Shown piece after piece: positions 18,128 through 27,498 of a stretch of 64,000 bases of DNA; positions within the stretch are counted from its first letter, which is position 1, and every line of letters begins with the position of its first letter. The notes under the pieces were generated by a model. That model saw only the letters and a program-made list of their open reading frames with translations, was not told the DNA's origin and ran no database searches. The stretch comes from Clostridia bacterium. Lineage in GTDB: Bacteria > Bacillota > Clostridia > UMGS1840. A program made the translations under genes and the position numbers. Where the stretch lies: contig JAZQKB010000015.1 in NCBI GenBank assembly GCA_045541975.1, positions 27,773-91,772 of the forward strand. The letters run 5' to 3'.

Positions 18128-19696
18128 TTATTTCATATTGTGGTATGCGTTGTTGTAAATAGCAACCATTTGGTCTACACCGAGTTCATTTGCTTTTGCA
18201 ACCCATTCATTCCAAATACCTGTGGGATCTTCGGCGCTTAAAATATATTTGCTGACCATGGTTTCATAAAGCGGTTTTAAGTTGGAGTAGATTTTGCTGT
18301 AGGTATCGGAATCTTCCGTAATGTCAATCTTTAAAGAAACAGAGTCGGTCAGCCAGTTATTGTTTACTACTAAATCCTGAGCTTCCTGCAGCTTGGGAGA
18401 ATACTGATAGTAAATACAGTTGGGATCATATCTTAAAGACAGAGAATTTGTGAATAAACCGTATTTTTCTTCCAGTGTGTTAATGGAAGGAATCACATCC
18501 TCCATACCTAAGTATTCTACTTTTCCGTCAGTTACCTGATAGGTGGTTCCTTCCAGACCTAAAGTCATCAGTTTTGCACCTGCGGGACTTAATAAGAAGT
18601 CGATCAGTTTCATAGCAACTTCTTTGTTTTCATTGTTGCTGACTGCCAAAGATACACCACTTGCAGCTTTCGGAATACGGTTGTATTTTCCGCCGTTGGG
18701 ACCAACAGGTGCTGCAAAACGAAGATCATAACCGGGGTTGGTTTCTTTTAACTGTTCGTAGAATAAATCCATACGGTCAATCCAGTCAAAAGTTACAAAA
18801 CCCATACTATCCTGAGACATTTTAGCAGACCAGTTTGCTTCGGTACAAGTTAAAAATTCAGGATCCAGTAATCCTTCTACATACAGCTTACGCATATAAT
18901 CCAGAACTTCCTTGAATTCCGGCTGAGTGTAGCTGTAATAATACTGATTGGTGCTTTCGTCTAAGGTAAAGTCGGTGCTTAACCCCCAGCCGATTGCAAA
19001 GTCATTTACTAAACCAACACCGCGTTTGGATACTAACGGAGTGGAATCGGGGTACAATTCTTTCAGAGTTTTTAAAGCGGAATAAAATTCTTCGCTATTG
19101 GTCCACATGGGAATGTTGTGTTTGTCAAAAATGTCCTTACGGTACATAAAACCGTGATTAATATTTCTTGCAATATCATAGCTTACTGCTCTATACAGTT
19201 TTCCGTTTACCATGGTGTTACGGATTTGCGCTCTGTTATCTGCATCATCAACAAACAGTTTTTTGAAGTTGGGCAACATATCTGCGTAATCATCAAAGCA
19301 AACAATCGCATTGTTTTCCACTAAAGATAAACGAACTTCATTAGTTAAAGCATCCGGGAAAATATCGGGAAGCTGTTTGCTGGAAACTAACATCTGCAGT
19401 TTCTGAGAGTAGTTTGCAGGCGGAACAATAATCACTTCCAGCTCAACACCGGTGATTTCTTTGAGTACCTGAAGCACCAGTTTATTGTCAATACCTTCTA
19501 CAGAACTGGACATAATCGCAGTCAGTTTAACGGGTTCATCCACAATCGGAAGCTCAAGTCCGTTGGTTTCGCTGAACTGTGACATATCAATTTCGCCTTC
19601 AAATTTTGCTGTGCCACCATTGTCCATACATCCGGTTAACAGGGGGATCATCATGATAAATGCCAAACATAAAATCGCAATTTTCTTTCTTAACAT
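18128..19696 (-). CDS. ABC transporter extracellular solute-binding lipoprotein (LplA-like, family 1)
   Basis: 522 aa. It has a signal peptide with a lipobox (..MMIPLLTGC/MDNG). Size and composition are typical of the large sugar-binding proteins paired with LplB/LplC permeases. Confidence 0.75.
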   Translation of the reverse strand: MLRKKIAILCLAFIMMIPLLTGCMDNGGTAKFEGEIDMSQFSETNGLELPIVDEPVKLTAIMSSSVEGIDNKLVLQVLKEITGVELEVIIVPPANYSQKLQMLVSSKQLPDIFPDALTNEVRLSLVENNAIVCFDDYADMLPNFKKLFVDDADNRAQIRNTMVNGKLYRAVSYDIARNINHGFMYRKDIFDKHNIPMWTNSEEFYSALKTLKELYPDSTPLVSKRGVGLVNDFAIGWGLSTDFTLDESTNQYYYSYTQPEFKEVLDYMRKLYVEGLLDPEFLTCTEANWSAKMSQDSMGFVTFDWIDRMDLFYEQLKETNPGYDLRFAAPVGPNGGKYNRIPKAASGVSLAVSNNENKEVAMKLIDFLLSPAGAKLMTLGLEGTTYQVTDGKVEYLGMEDVIPSINTLEEKYGLFTNSLSLRYDPNCIYYQYSPKLQEAQDLVVNNNWLTDSVSLKIDITEDSDTYSKIYSNLKPLYETMVSKYILSAEDPTGIWNEWVAKANELGVDQMVAIYNNAYHNMK

Positions 19697-19714
19697 AATC
19701 TTCGCATCTCCTTT

Positions 19715-21451
19715 TTATTTCTTATTATTTCTGAATTCATTTGGCGTAGTGCCATAATATTTTTTAAACGCTGTAACAAAAGCACTGCTGGTTGCATATC
19801 CGATTTTCTCGCTGATTGCCTTGATAGAGAGATCTGTTGTGAGCAATAAATCGGTTGCTTGTTCCAACCTTAATTTCGTAATGTGTTCCACAAATCCGAT
19901 ACCGACATTCTTTTTGAAGAATTCCGAGAAGTATTTCGGGGTCATATCGAATTTTTCAGCAACAATATCCAGATACAAGCCGTCGCTGTAGTTTTGGTTG
20001 ACATAGGTTAAAATATCGGTTACCTTAGATACGCTTTCCGTGTTGGAATAATTTTTGGCGTCACGGAAAATATTCACAAAAACATTCACCATTTTATCCA
20101 TATCAGCAGCCAGATAACACTTTTTGATTCCGTCAAACACAAGTGAATGAGTATCTTCAAAGAAGTTTTTTCCGTCTTTTACTGCGTGAACCAGCGTCAT
20201 ATAGAAATCGAACAAATGATAGGTCAGTAAATCCAGGCTGATGCCCTCTTTCATCCGTTTTTGGGCATCTGCTTTAATCTCTTCGCAAAGTCCGCTAACA
20301 TCTTGTGCCACAAGACGGTTGCGAACGATCATTTTTAATGAGGTGGTGTCCTTATACCAATACACATGCTTGGTACCGTCATCTGAAGTCACCAAAGAAT
20401 GTCCACCCAACTTTGTCACGAGGCCGCGGATTTCCGACAAGGTTTCCTGCACGGAAGCAATGCTTTTACCGTCAGCACCGGAAAGAATTAACTCTGCAAG
20501 CTTCACACCAGAATCGTAATCCCGTTTTACTACCGTAGCCTTGCGGCCGACATGAATATAAAGTGCAACAACAATCATCAAAACCACGATCAGAATGAGA
20601 GAAATTGCCGTGATAGGAATCATAAGATTCTGCGCTTCATACACTAAAACTAAATCTTCATAATCCAAAGTTTTTGCCTGTGTGTAATTTCCGAAAACAT
20701 CCAAACCTCCCCGTTCCATATGTTTGACCTGAAGCGGGTCTATTTGGTCTTTTGGATTGTCGTGATTGCTGATGGCAAGATTTCCTTTACCGTCATAAAG
20801 AGAAACAGTTCCATAGGTTTCCCAATCATCCAAATCACAATAATCCCAGAATAGCTGTTCGTTGACGAAAATCAGGATTCCTGTGTTATACAAGTTAAAC
20901 ATCTTGGGCACCACAAACAGCTTTTTCGTGGTGGGCGGATACGACAGCACGGTATAATTGTTCACCGGAATAATCGTTGGCGTATTGTACATTTCCATAA
21001 TGCTGTCCCAGTATTCTATCGCCAGTTCGTCTGTTTCGTAGCCGTACTCAAAAAAAGCACTTCGGCTGATAGAGCCTTCTGTTGTAATCATTTGCAGATT
21101 ATTCTTTTTATACAGAACCACTTCCTCCACAAAGGGACAGAAGCTTCGCATCCGTTTCACTGCATTAACCACTTTCACGAACTCACCGTCATTGCGGTTA
21201 AATGCGTATTCATCCTGGAAAAAATCACTGTTTTCCAGAACGATACCCTCCGATAAACGGATAATATCATTCAACCTGTCTAACGACACTCTGATGGTTG
21301 ATGCGCTCTTTTCCACACTCTTTTGCCGGTAAGATGTTACCATGGAAAGCGATGCAATGAAGAAAAAGATTAATACCACCGTGGAAATTAGCAGTGTAAA
21401 CAAAAAGCTCTTGTTTTGAAATAATTTTTTTAGCGTCACAATATGTATCAC
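19715..21451 (-). CDS. Membrane-anchored AraC-family transcriptional regulator (two TM helices flanking a ~240-aa extracytoplasmic domain)
   Basis: 578 aa. TM1 is 'FLFTLLISTVVLIFFFIASLSMV' and TM2 is 'IPITAISLILIVVLMIVVALYIHV'. The C-terminal AraC HTH reads '..LSIKAISEKIGYATSSAFVTAFKKYYGTTPNEFR'. No receiver or kinase motifs are seen. Confidence 0.75.
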   Translation of the reverse strand: MIHIVTLKKLFQNKSFLFTLLISTVVLIFFFIASLSMVTSYRQKSVEKSASTIRVSLDRLNDIIRLSEGIVLENSDFFQDEYAFNRNDGEFVKVVNAVKRMRSFCPFVEEVVLYKKNNLQMITTEGSISRSAFFEYGYETDELAIEYWDSIMEMYNTPTIIPVNNYTVLSYPPTTKKLFVVPKMFNLYNTGILIFVNEQLFWDYCDLDDWETYGTVSLYDGKGNLAISNHDNPKDQIDPLQVKHMERGGLDVFGNYTQAKTLDYEDLVLVYEAQNLMIPITAISLILIVVLMIVVALYIHVGRKATVVKRDYDSGVKLAELILSGADGKSIASVQETLSEIRGLVTKLGGHSLVTSDDGTKHVYWYKDTTSLKMIVRNRLVAQDVSGLCEEIKADAQKRMKEGISLDLLTYHLFDFYMTLVHAVKDGKNFFEDTHSLVFDGIKKCYLAADMDKMVNVFVNIFRDAKNYSNTESVSKVTDILTYVNQNYSDGLYLDIVAEKFDMTPKYFSEFFKKNVGIGFVEHITKLRLEQATDLLLTTDLSIKAISEKIGYATSSAFVTAFKKYYGTTPNEFRNNKK

Positions 21452-21512
21452 ATCCTTTGTATCAAGTATACCTCAAACATACCGTAAAGTCAAAGAAATG
21501 CCGTTGGTAATA

Positions 21513-22388
21513 TTATCCTTTTACCGAACCCATGTAAATACTGCCGATAAAATATTTCTGCACAAACGGATAAAGGATCAGCAGCGGCAATGCCGAAAGA
21601 ACAATGGTTGCATTCTTCATTCCGATAGGCGTAACATTCGCCATCTGAATTGCCGAAGTGGAACCGTTTTGCTCCTGCATCAGCATTTCATTTAACACTA
21701 ACTGCAGCGGATACTTGGAGGGACTGGAGATATACATTAAAGGAACCATATAGTTATTCCACTGATGCATCGCCAGGAAAATGACCAAAGTAGCATAAAT
21801 CGGCTTTGCCAGTGGCATGTAAATTTTTGTCATGATGCGGAAATGAGAAGCACCGTCAATGGTTGCAGCTTCATAAATCTCTCCGGGAATATTTTCAAAA
21901 TAATTTTTCAAAAGAAATAATTCAAACTGAGGAACTGCCCAGGGTAATACCAACGCCCAGATGGAATCCATCAGTTTTAAATTCTGCATCAGCAGATAGA
22001 ACGGGATAATCCCGCCACTGAAAAACATGGTGAATAATATCATATTGATGAAGAGCTTTCTCCCCGGCATGGTTTTAATTGCCAGCGGATAAGCTGTCAT
22101 AGTAATCAACACCAGACTGATTACTACAGATAGAACAGTATAGGAGATACTGTTCCAGTATGCATTCAATATTTTCGGACTCTTTAAAATGGACATATAA
22201 GAGGAAAAGGTGAAATCCTGTGGGTAAAATGTTACTTTTCCCTGCATAATGGAGGAAGCACCGCTTAACGAAAGAGACACAACGTGCAAAAGCGGAAATA
22301 ACACCACGAGCAATGCCAGTAATGCAATCAGCCATACAAAAATATCAAACGCTTCAAAACGTTTCAGTTTTTTTCTCATGTTGCTCAT
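21513..22388 (-). CDS. Carbohydrate ABC transporter permease (LplC/YtcP-like)
   Basis: 291 aa and polytopic. It has the typical MalG-like layout, with an EAA-type loop '..EAATIDGASHFRIMTKIYMPLAKP'. Confidence 0.8.
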   Translation of the reverse strand: MSNMRKKLKRFEAFDIFVWLIALLALLVVLFPLLHVVSLSLSGASSIMQGKVTFYPQDFTFSSYMSILKSPKILNAYWNSISYTVLSVVISLVLITMTAYPLAIKTMPGRKLFINMILFTMFFSGGIIPFYLLMQNLKLMDSIWALVLPWAVPQFELFLLKNYFENIPGEIYEAATIDGASHFRIMTKIYMPLAKPIYATLVIFLAMHQWNNYMVPLMYISSPSKYPLQLVLNEMLMQEQNGSTSAIQMANVTPIGMKNATIVLSALPLLILYPFVQKYFIGSIYMGSVKG

Positions 22389-22398
22389 CCTCCTTTTC

Positions 22399-23370
22399 TT
22401 ACCAAAGTGAATTTTCTGTGTAACGCTTACTCAGCCAGTTGGTGGTATAAACCAGTGCAAAAGATACCACGCTTTCAAACAAACCTGCTGCAGCGGCATA
22501 AGAATAGTCGCTTTCGATAATACCTTTACGGTATACAAAGGTGCCAAAGATATCTGCCACTTCATAGGTCATAGGATTATACAGAAGCAACCCTTTATCA
22601 GCGCCGATTCTGAAAATACTGCCGGCATTCATAATCAGCATCACGCAGATGGTTGGCAATAAGCCGGGAAGAGTGATATGCCAGATTCTTTTCAGTCTTC
22701 CGCAACCGTCAATCTGAGCAGCTTCATAAAGCTGTGTATCAATGGAGCTGATCGCCGCAAAATAGATAATTGCGTTATACCCAAATTTCTGCCAAACTTC
22801 GCTGGCTACATAAACGGTTCGGTACCAATCAGGATCAATCATAAAATAGTGCTTGGGAAATCCTAAACTTGCCATCAGGGTGTTGATAATCCCGGTGTTA
22901 GGTGATAAAAAGTCGGTAATCATACTGCAAATGACAACCGTTGAAAGCAATGAAGGAAAATACGATACACTCTGCACCAATTTTTTTACAGGACGCGCCC
23001 GGATTTCATTTAACATAATTGCAAAGAAAACGGGGATTGTCATACCCCAAATCAATGTATACAGTCCAAGTAATACCGTATTCCGAATCAAAAGCCAGAT
23101 ATCATTGGAATTAAAAATATCGATAAAATGCTTCAATCCGACCCACGGGCTATCCCAGATGCCTTTATAGAGATCCAGATCTTTAAAAGCAATGGTAATC
23201 CCAAAAAGCGGCACATAGCGGAATATTATGTAATGGCACAAACCCGGCAGAAGAATCAGATAAAGAGGCCAATGTTTTTTGATAGCCGCCCATTTCGAAC
23301 GGCGTTTTGGCAATCCGGGTTCCTCTTGTGCCAAAGAAGCACAGGCAGGCCGTTTGGTTATTGTTTTCAT
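22399..23370 (-). CDS. Sugar ABC transporter permease (LplB/YteP-like)
   Basis: 323 aa and polytopic. The EAA loop reads 'YEAAQIDGCGRLKRIWHITLPGL'. No ATPase gene lies in the locus. Confidence 0.8.
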   Translation of the reverse strand: MKTITKRPACASLAQEEPGLPKRRSKWAAIKKHWPLYLILLPGLCHYIIFRYVPLFGITIAFKDLDLYKGIWDSPWVGLKHFIDIFNSNDIWLLIRNTVLLGLYTLIWGMTIPVFFAIMLNEIRARPVKKLVQSVSYFPSLLSTVVICSMITDFLSPNTGIINTLMASLGFPKHYFMIDPDWYRTVYVASEVWQKFGYNAIIYFAAISSIDTQLYEAAQIDGCGRLKRIWHITLPGLLPTICVMLIMNAGSIFRIGADKGLLLYNPMTYEVADIFGTFVYRKGIIESDYSYAAAAGLFESVVSFALVYTTNWLSKRYTENSLW

Positions 23371-23612
23371 CTTTTTGCACCCTTTCCAAGTTTAGTGGTT
23401 TTAGTTTATCATAGAGGTTTATTGTTGTAAACAATAAAAAATCTCGTGATTAAATACATCCGTCAGCAGTCATTGGGAGTCGCAATGGTTTTTCACCGCT
23501 ATCCCGCAGTTCCACCGTTTTTTGATAAAAAAAGGAAAAACTGAATTCGCAGGATTTTTTTAACGATATCTAAGAATCCCACGAATTTCTAAGAGTTTTT
23601 TGTTAATTGTTC

Positions 23613-23737
23613 GGTGCAGTGCCAACTCCGTGCAGTATGAAGTTTTATTGTTGTCAGAATGGAAAGACAAAATATAAACATGAAAATGAGAAAAATCTCA
23701 AGAAAGGAAACAGCATGCACGGAGTTGGCACTGCACC
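23613..23737. repeat. Perfect 22-bp inverted repeat with an 81-nt spacer in an intergenic region
   Basis: GGTGCAGTGCCAACTCCGTGCA (23613..23634) is the exact reverse complement of 23716..23737. Neither arm has a flanking T-run. Confidence 0.9.
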
Positions 23738-23789
23738 ATGTATTATAAAAAATAATACATCGAAAATAAAAGATTTGTCCGGCGTTTTT

Positions 23790-24863
23790 TTACGCCTCGA
23801 TATTTTTCTTCCAGGATTCAAGATTGTCCCGGATGAAATCGTCGTCATTTAAGTGGGGATACATTGCCTGGATTCGGTTCAGCTCTTCCAGCTGACCTTC
23901 GGATAAGGTTTCGTCAGGATTGATGCAATAGATGTTTTTCATCAGTCCCTGACGGCGCAGAATTTCGTGTAAGCCTGCGATACAACCTTTGAAGGTATGA
24001 GCCGTATCAAAAAATGCACTGTTGGTATCGGTTACTTCCGAAGCTAAGGTGAGAATTTCAGAAGAAATGACATCTTTTTTCTTTTCTTCTTTTAACCGTT
24101 CAAACAGCTCTACTGCTTTTTTGGTCCATACAGACCAGTGACCTAACAGTCCGCCTTCAAAGCTTTTTCCCACGGTTTTACCGTCTTTTTGGAAACGGTA
24201 GTTGGTCACCAAATCAATCACAATGTTATCGTCATTGCCGGTATATAAGGTAATATCGTCACAACGCTTGCTCATTGCCGCTGCACGAACCACATCCAGC
24301 GTGGTATAACGGTTAAAGGATGCACATTTAATGGCAACCACATTTTCTACGGCACAGACTCTTTCCCAGTAATTGTAGCTGAACTGTCTGCCACCGCAAG
24401 CAGTCTGCAGATAGAAGCCAATCACAGGCATCACTTTGGCAACAGCTTCGGTTCGTTCAATCATATAGTCTTCGCTCATATTGTTAAGACCGCCGGGACT
24501 TAACAGCACTGCATCAAAGCCGTACTGTTTGGCAAGCTCTGCTTCTTTCACCGCCTGTTCGATGGGACCGCAGACACCGGCTACTTTTACAATGACGGTA
24601 TTGTTTTTTTGTTCAAATTTATCAATTTCATCGGATACAATTTTTAAGATAGGCTCAAACAGATTCACATCAGGCTTTCTGATTTCAAATTGAGTGGTAT
24701 GTACTGCTGTGGCAATACCGCCGACTCCACAGTTTAAGTAATAGTTCATCAGAAGTCGCTGCCCTTTTTCGTCAAAACAACGGTTATCATCCAGAGCCAG
24801 AGGAGTTGCAGGAATTACGGTTCCTGCTTTTAATTTTTGCAATGCAATTTCGTGTCTGTTCAT
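23790..24863 (-). CDS. Dihydrodipicolinate synthase-superfamily-like TIM-barrel protein (function unknown)
   Basis: 357 aa. The N-terminal pattern 'GTVIPATPLALDDNR..QRLLMNYYLNCGVGGIATAVHTTQFEIRKP' matches proteins I recall being annotated 'dihydrodipicolinate synthase family protein'. The canonical GTTGE motif is absent. Confidence 0.4.
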   Translation of the reverse strand: MNRHEIALQKLKAGTVIPATPLALDDNRCFDEKGQRLLMNYYLNCGVGGIATAVHTTQFEIRKPDVNLFEPILKIVSDEIDKFEQKNNTVIVKVAGVCGPIEQAVKEAELAKQYGFDAVLLSPGGLNNMSEDYMIERTEAVAKVMPVIGFYLQTACGGRQFSYNYWERVCAVENVVAIKCASFNRYTTLDVVRAAAMSKRCDDITLYTGNDDNIVIDLVTNYRFQKDGKTVGKSFEGGLLGHWSVWTKKAVELFERLKEEKKKDVISSEILTLASEVTDTNSAFFDTAHTFKGCIAGLHEILRRQGLMKNIYCINPDETLSEGQLEELNRIQAMYPHLNDDDFIRDNLESWKKNIEA

Positions 24864-25879
24864 TAGTAGCTTCCCTTTCTTTCTTCAAAGTGGGTGGGTT
24901 TATCCAAAGTTCTTCCGCCATCCAGGATATACTGTGCCTGCCAGCGGATTAAGGTTTTCACCGGTACTGCCGGATAACCAAAGGTTTCCATTGCCAGGGA
25001 GGCATCATTCAGATACGCATCGTTTCCGGGTTCCCCATCAAAGATGGGTTCTTTTCCTAAGTATTCGCCCAGCTCCAGTGCTGCTTTTTTTATGGAAACG
25101 GTTTCCGGACCGGTAACATTCATAATTTTAGCAGGTGCTTCTGCGTGAAGCAGACCACGAATGGCAATTTCGTTGGCACTTCCCTGCCAGATAAAGTTAA
25201 AGCAAGGAGTGGAAAGGCCGATAGGTTCTCCCTTTAAAATTTTGTTTGCCACATCAAATAAAACGCCGTAACGTAAATCTACAGCAAAATTCAATCTGTA
25301 GATAAAGACTTTGGTGCCAAAGGTATTTGCTGCATATTCAAAAGCACGTTCTCTTGCCAGGCAACTCATAGTGTATTCCCCGATGGGACCGATTTTGTCG
25401 GTTTCTCTGCAACCGCCTTCGGAAAGCTTCACAATGGGATAGATATTTCCGGAGGAGAACACAACAATGTTGGACTTTTTGAATTTATCTGCCACAAAAG
25501 CAGGAAGTGTGGAGTTCATTGCCCAGGTCTGCCATTCATTACCGTCTGTACCGAATTTTTTTCCTGCCATATAGATGATATTTTCCACTTCCGGCAAAGC
25601 ATACAGTTTTTCTTTATCTAAAAGGTCCATTGCAATCACTTCGATGCCGTTATCCTGCATCAGCTTGGTTGCAATCGGGTCACTGCCACGGGATACTGCA
25701 ATCACTTTTTTCTCGATACCTGCTTTTTTGATGGCATTTTTTGCCAGTACACAAAGAGTGGGACCCATTTTCCCGCCGGCACCCAATACCATAATATCCC
25801 CTTTGATTTTTTGGATGTCTTCTACCAAAGCATCAGAAGGTGTTGTTAAAAGTTCGTTTAATTTTTCTTCTGTCCACAT
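24863..25879 (-). CDS. NAD(P)-dependent epimerase/dehydratase-family protein
   Basis: 338 aa. A Rossmann motif 'IMVLGAGGKMGPTL' lies near the N-terminus. It shares a 1-nt stop/start junction with the downstream gene. Confidence 0.55.
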   Translation of the reverse strand: MWTEEKLNELLTTPSDALVEDIQKIKGDIMVLGAGGKMGPTLCVLAKNAIKKAGIEKKVIAVSRGSDPIATKLMQDNGIEVIAMDLLDKEKLYALPEVENIIYMAGKKFGTDGNEWQTWAMNSTLPAFVADKFKKSNIVVFSSGNIYPIVKLSEGGCRETDKIGPIGEYTMSCLARERAFEYAANTFGTKVFIYRLNFAVDLRYGVLFDVANKILKGEPIGLSTPCFNFIWQGSANEIAIRGLLHAEAPAKIMNVTGPETVSIKKAALELGEYLGKEPIFDGEPGNDAYLNDASLAMETFGYPAVPVKTLIRWQAQYILDGGRTLDKPTHFEERKGSY

Positions 25880-25904
25880 ATTGTTCGTTCCTTTCTGAAT
25901 CTAT

Positions 25905-27140
25905 TTAGTCGCATTCTGCAGAGAATAAGCTGGCAAGTCCGCCCTCGGAGGTTTCCCGATAACGAAAATGCAGATCTCTGCCGGTTTCGTACATGGTTTT
26001 TATAACGAAATCCAAGGATATCTTTCTGTTTTCATAAAGCATTTCTGCTAAAGATACGGCATCTACAGCTCGCATTGCCGCTACGGCGTTTCGTTCAATA
26101 CAGGGAATCTGCACCAGACCTTTAACCGGGTCGCAGGTTAATCCCAAATGATGCTCTAATGCAATTTCTGCCGCACATTCAATTTGTTTCACGCTGAAAC
26201 CCTTCAGATAAGCAAGTGCTGCTGCCGCCATCATACAAGCGGTTCCAACCTCTGCCTGACAGCCACATTCTGCACCGCTGATAGAGGCGTTTTTCTTCAC
26301 CAGATTTCCGATGATTCCTGCCACGGCTAATGCCTCCACAACTTTTTCATCGAAAAAGCCCAGTTCCCGTTGTTTGCAGATTAAAACTGCCGGAACAACT
26401 CCGGATGCACCGCAGGTTGGTGCTGTCACCATCTTTTCTCCCGATGCATTTTCTTCGCTGGCAGCATATGCATAAGCGGATAACAGATATATTTCTTTTT
26501 CGTGTCCGAAGGCTTTGGAATTTCCTTTCTGAATCAGCATCTTTGCTTTTCGCTTGATGTTAAGACCGCCGTGAAGGACGCCTTCTGCTACAAGACCGGC
26601 TCTGACAGTTTGCTTCATCCGTTCCCAAACATTCAGTAGATATGGTTTGATATCTGCAGCTTCAAAAGAAAAGACATAGTCTGCTAAACTGTAGCTTTTT
26701 TCCTTGCAGTAAGCTTCCATCTGATCAAAGCTGGTGTGCGGGTAGATGAGTTCTGATTCTACAACCTCTTCCCCCACAAACCAGATAGCACCGCCACCAA
26801 CACTGAGTGCTGTTTTTTTGCAAAGCACTTCCCCATTTTTCATCGCCGTGATATCCATCGTATTGGGGTGTGGAAGGTCTGTTTTTTCGTTATTGAAAAT
26901 AATGTTACAGTGTTTCCCTTTCAGAGTTTCCCGGATAGCGTAATCCGTTCGGTGACCGATTCCGGTTTTGGAAAGGGATCCGTAGAGCGTAATCTCAAAA
27001 GTATCCGCCTGGGGATACTCTGAAAGCACCCTTTCGCAGGCACTGCTTGGTCCCATGGTGTGGGAGCTTGACGGTCCTCTGCCCAGTCGGTAAATCTCTT
27101 TGATACTGTACATACCGTTTGTTTTTTCCATCGTTATCAC
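25905..27140 (-). CDS. Iron-sulfur L-serine ammonia-lyase (L-serine dehydratase, single-chain type)
   Basis: 411 aa. Motifs seen: 'LGRGPSSSHTMGP' (cf. E. coli SdaA GIGPSSSHTVGP), 'APTCGASGVVPAVL', 'CGCQAEVGTA', 'PCIERNA'. The start could instead be the Met at 27131 or 27113. Confidence 0.8.
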   Translation of the reverse strand: MITMEKTNGMYSIKEIYRLGRGPSSSHTMGPSSACERVLSEYPQADTFEITLYGSLSKTGIGHRTDYAIRETLKGKHCNIIFNNEKTDLPHPNTMDITAMKNGEVLCKKTALSVGGGAIWFVGEEVVESELIYPHTSFDQMEAYCKEKSYSLADYVFSFEAADIKPYLLNVWERMKQTVRAGLVAEGVLHGGLNIKRKAKMLIQKGNSKAFGHEKEIYLLSAYAYAASEENASGEKMVTAPTCGASGVVPAVLICKQRELGFFDEKVVEALAVAGIIGNLVKKNASISGAECGCQAEVGTACMMAAAALAYLKGFSVKQIECAAEIALEHHLGLTCDPVKGLVQIPCIERNAVAAMRAVDAVSLAEMLYENRKISLDFVIKTMYETGRDLHFRYRETSEGGLASLFSAECD

Positions 27141-27442
27141 TCACAATTCTTGCAATAACCGGTCAACCGGCTATGTTAGAAAACTTGTCATCATAAGAAT
27201 ACCATGCCCACATTTACTTTGTAAATAACAAAAAATCCATGGATTAAACCCTTCCCGTCATCATTCCCTTGTAAATCAGACGAAAAAGCTGTGTTTTCCT
27301 TGATGATTCCTAGCTTTTTGGAAATCAAGAAATATTGAATTGGTGGGATATCTTAAACAGAAACTGCCATAATCCGCATAAAAACTGCATTTTTCCACGC
27401 AATTATTTTCGCAAAACACAATTGTTATCCTTTTGCTCTATG

Positions 27443-27479
27443 AAAAAAACCGAATGGAGAAACGCCATTCGGTTTTTTT
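27443..27479 (-). terminator. Rho-independent terminator after the URO-D-like gene (symmetric A/T flanks)
   Basis: aaaaaaaCCGAATGG-agaaacg-CCATTCGGttttttt. Confidence 0.75.
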
Positions 27480-27498
27480 AGAATTACCCAGATATTTT

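Noticed and set aside
23607-23852. 81-aa (+) and 64-aa (-) ORFs spanning the 22-bp inverted repeat
   Set aside because: These mirror-image ORFs are generated by the palindrome itself. They have no RBS, low-complexity products, and overlap the 3' end of the DapA-like gene.
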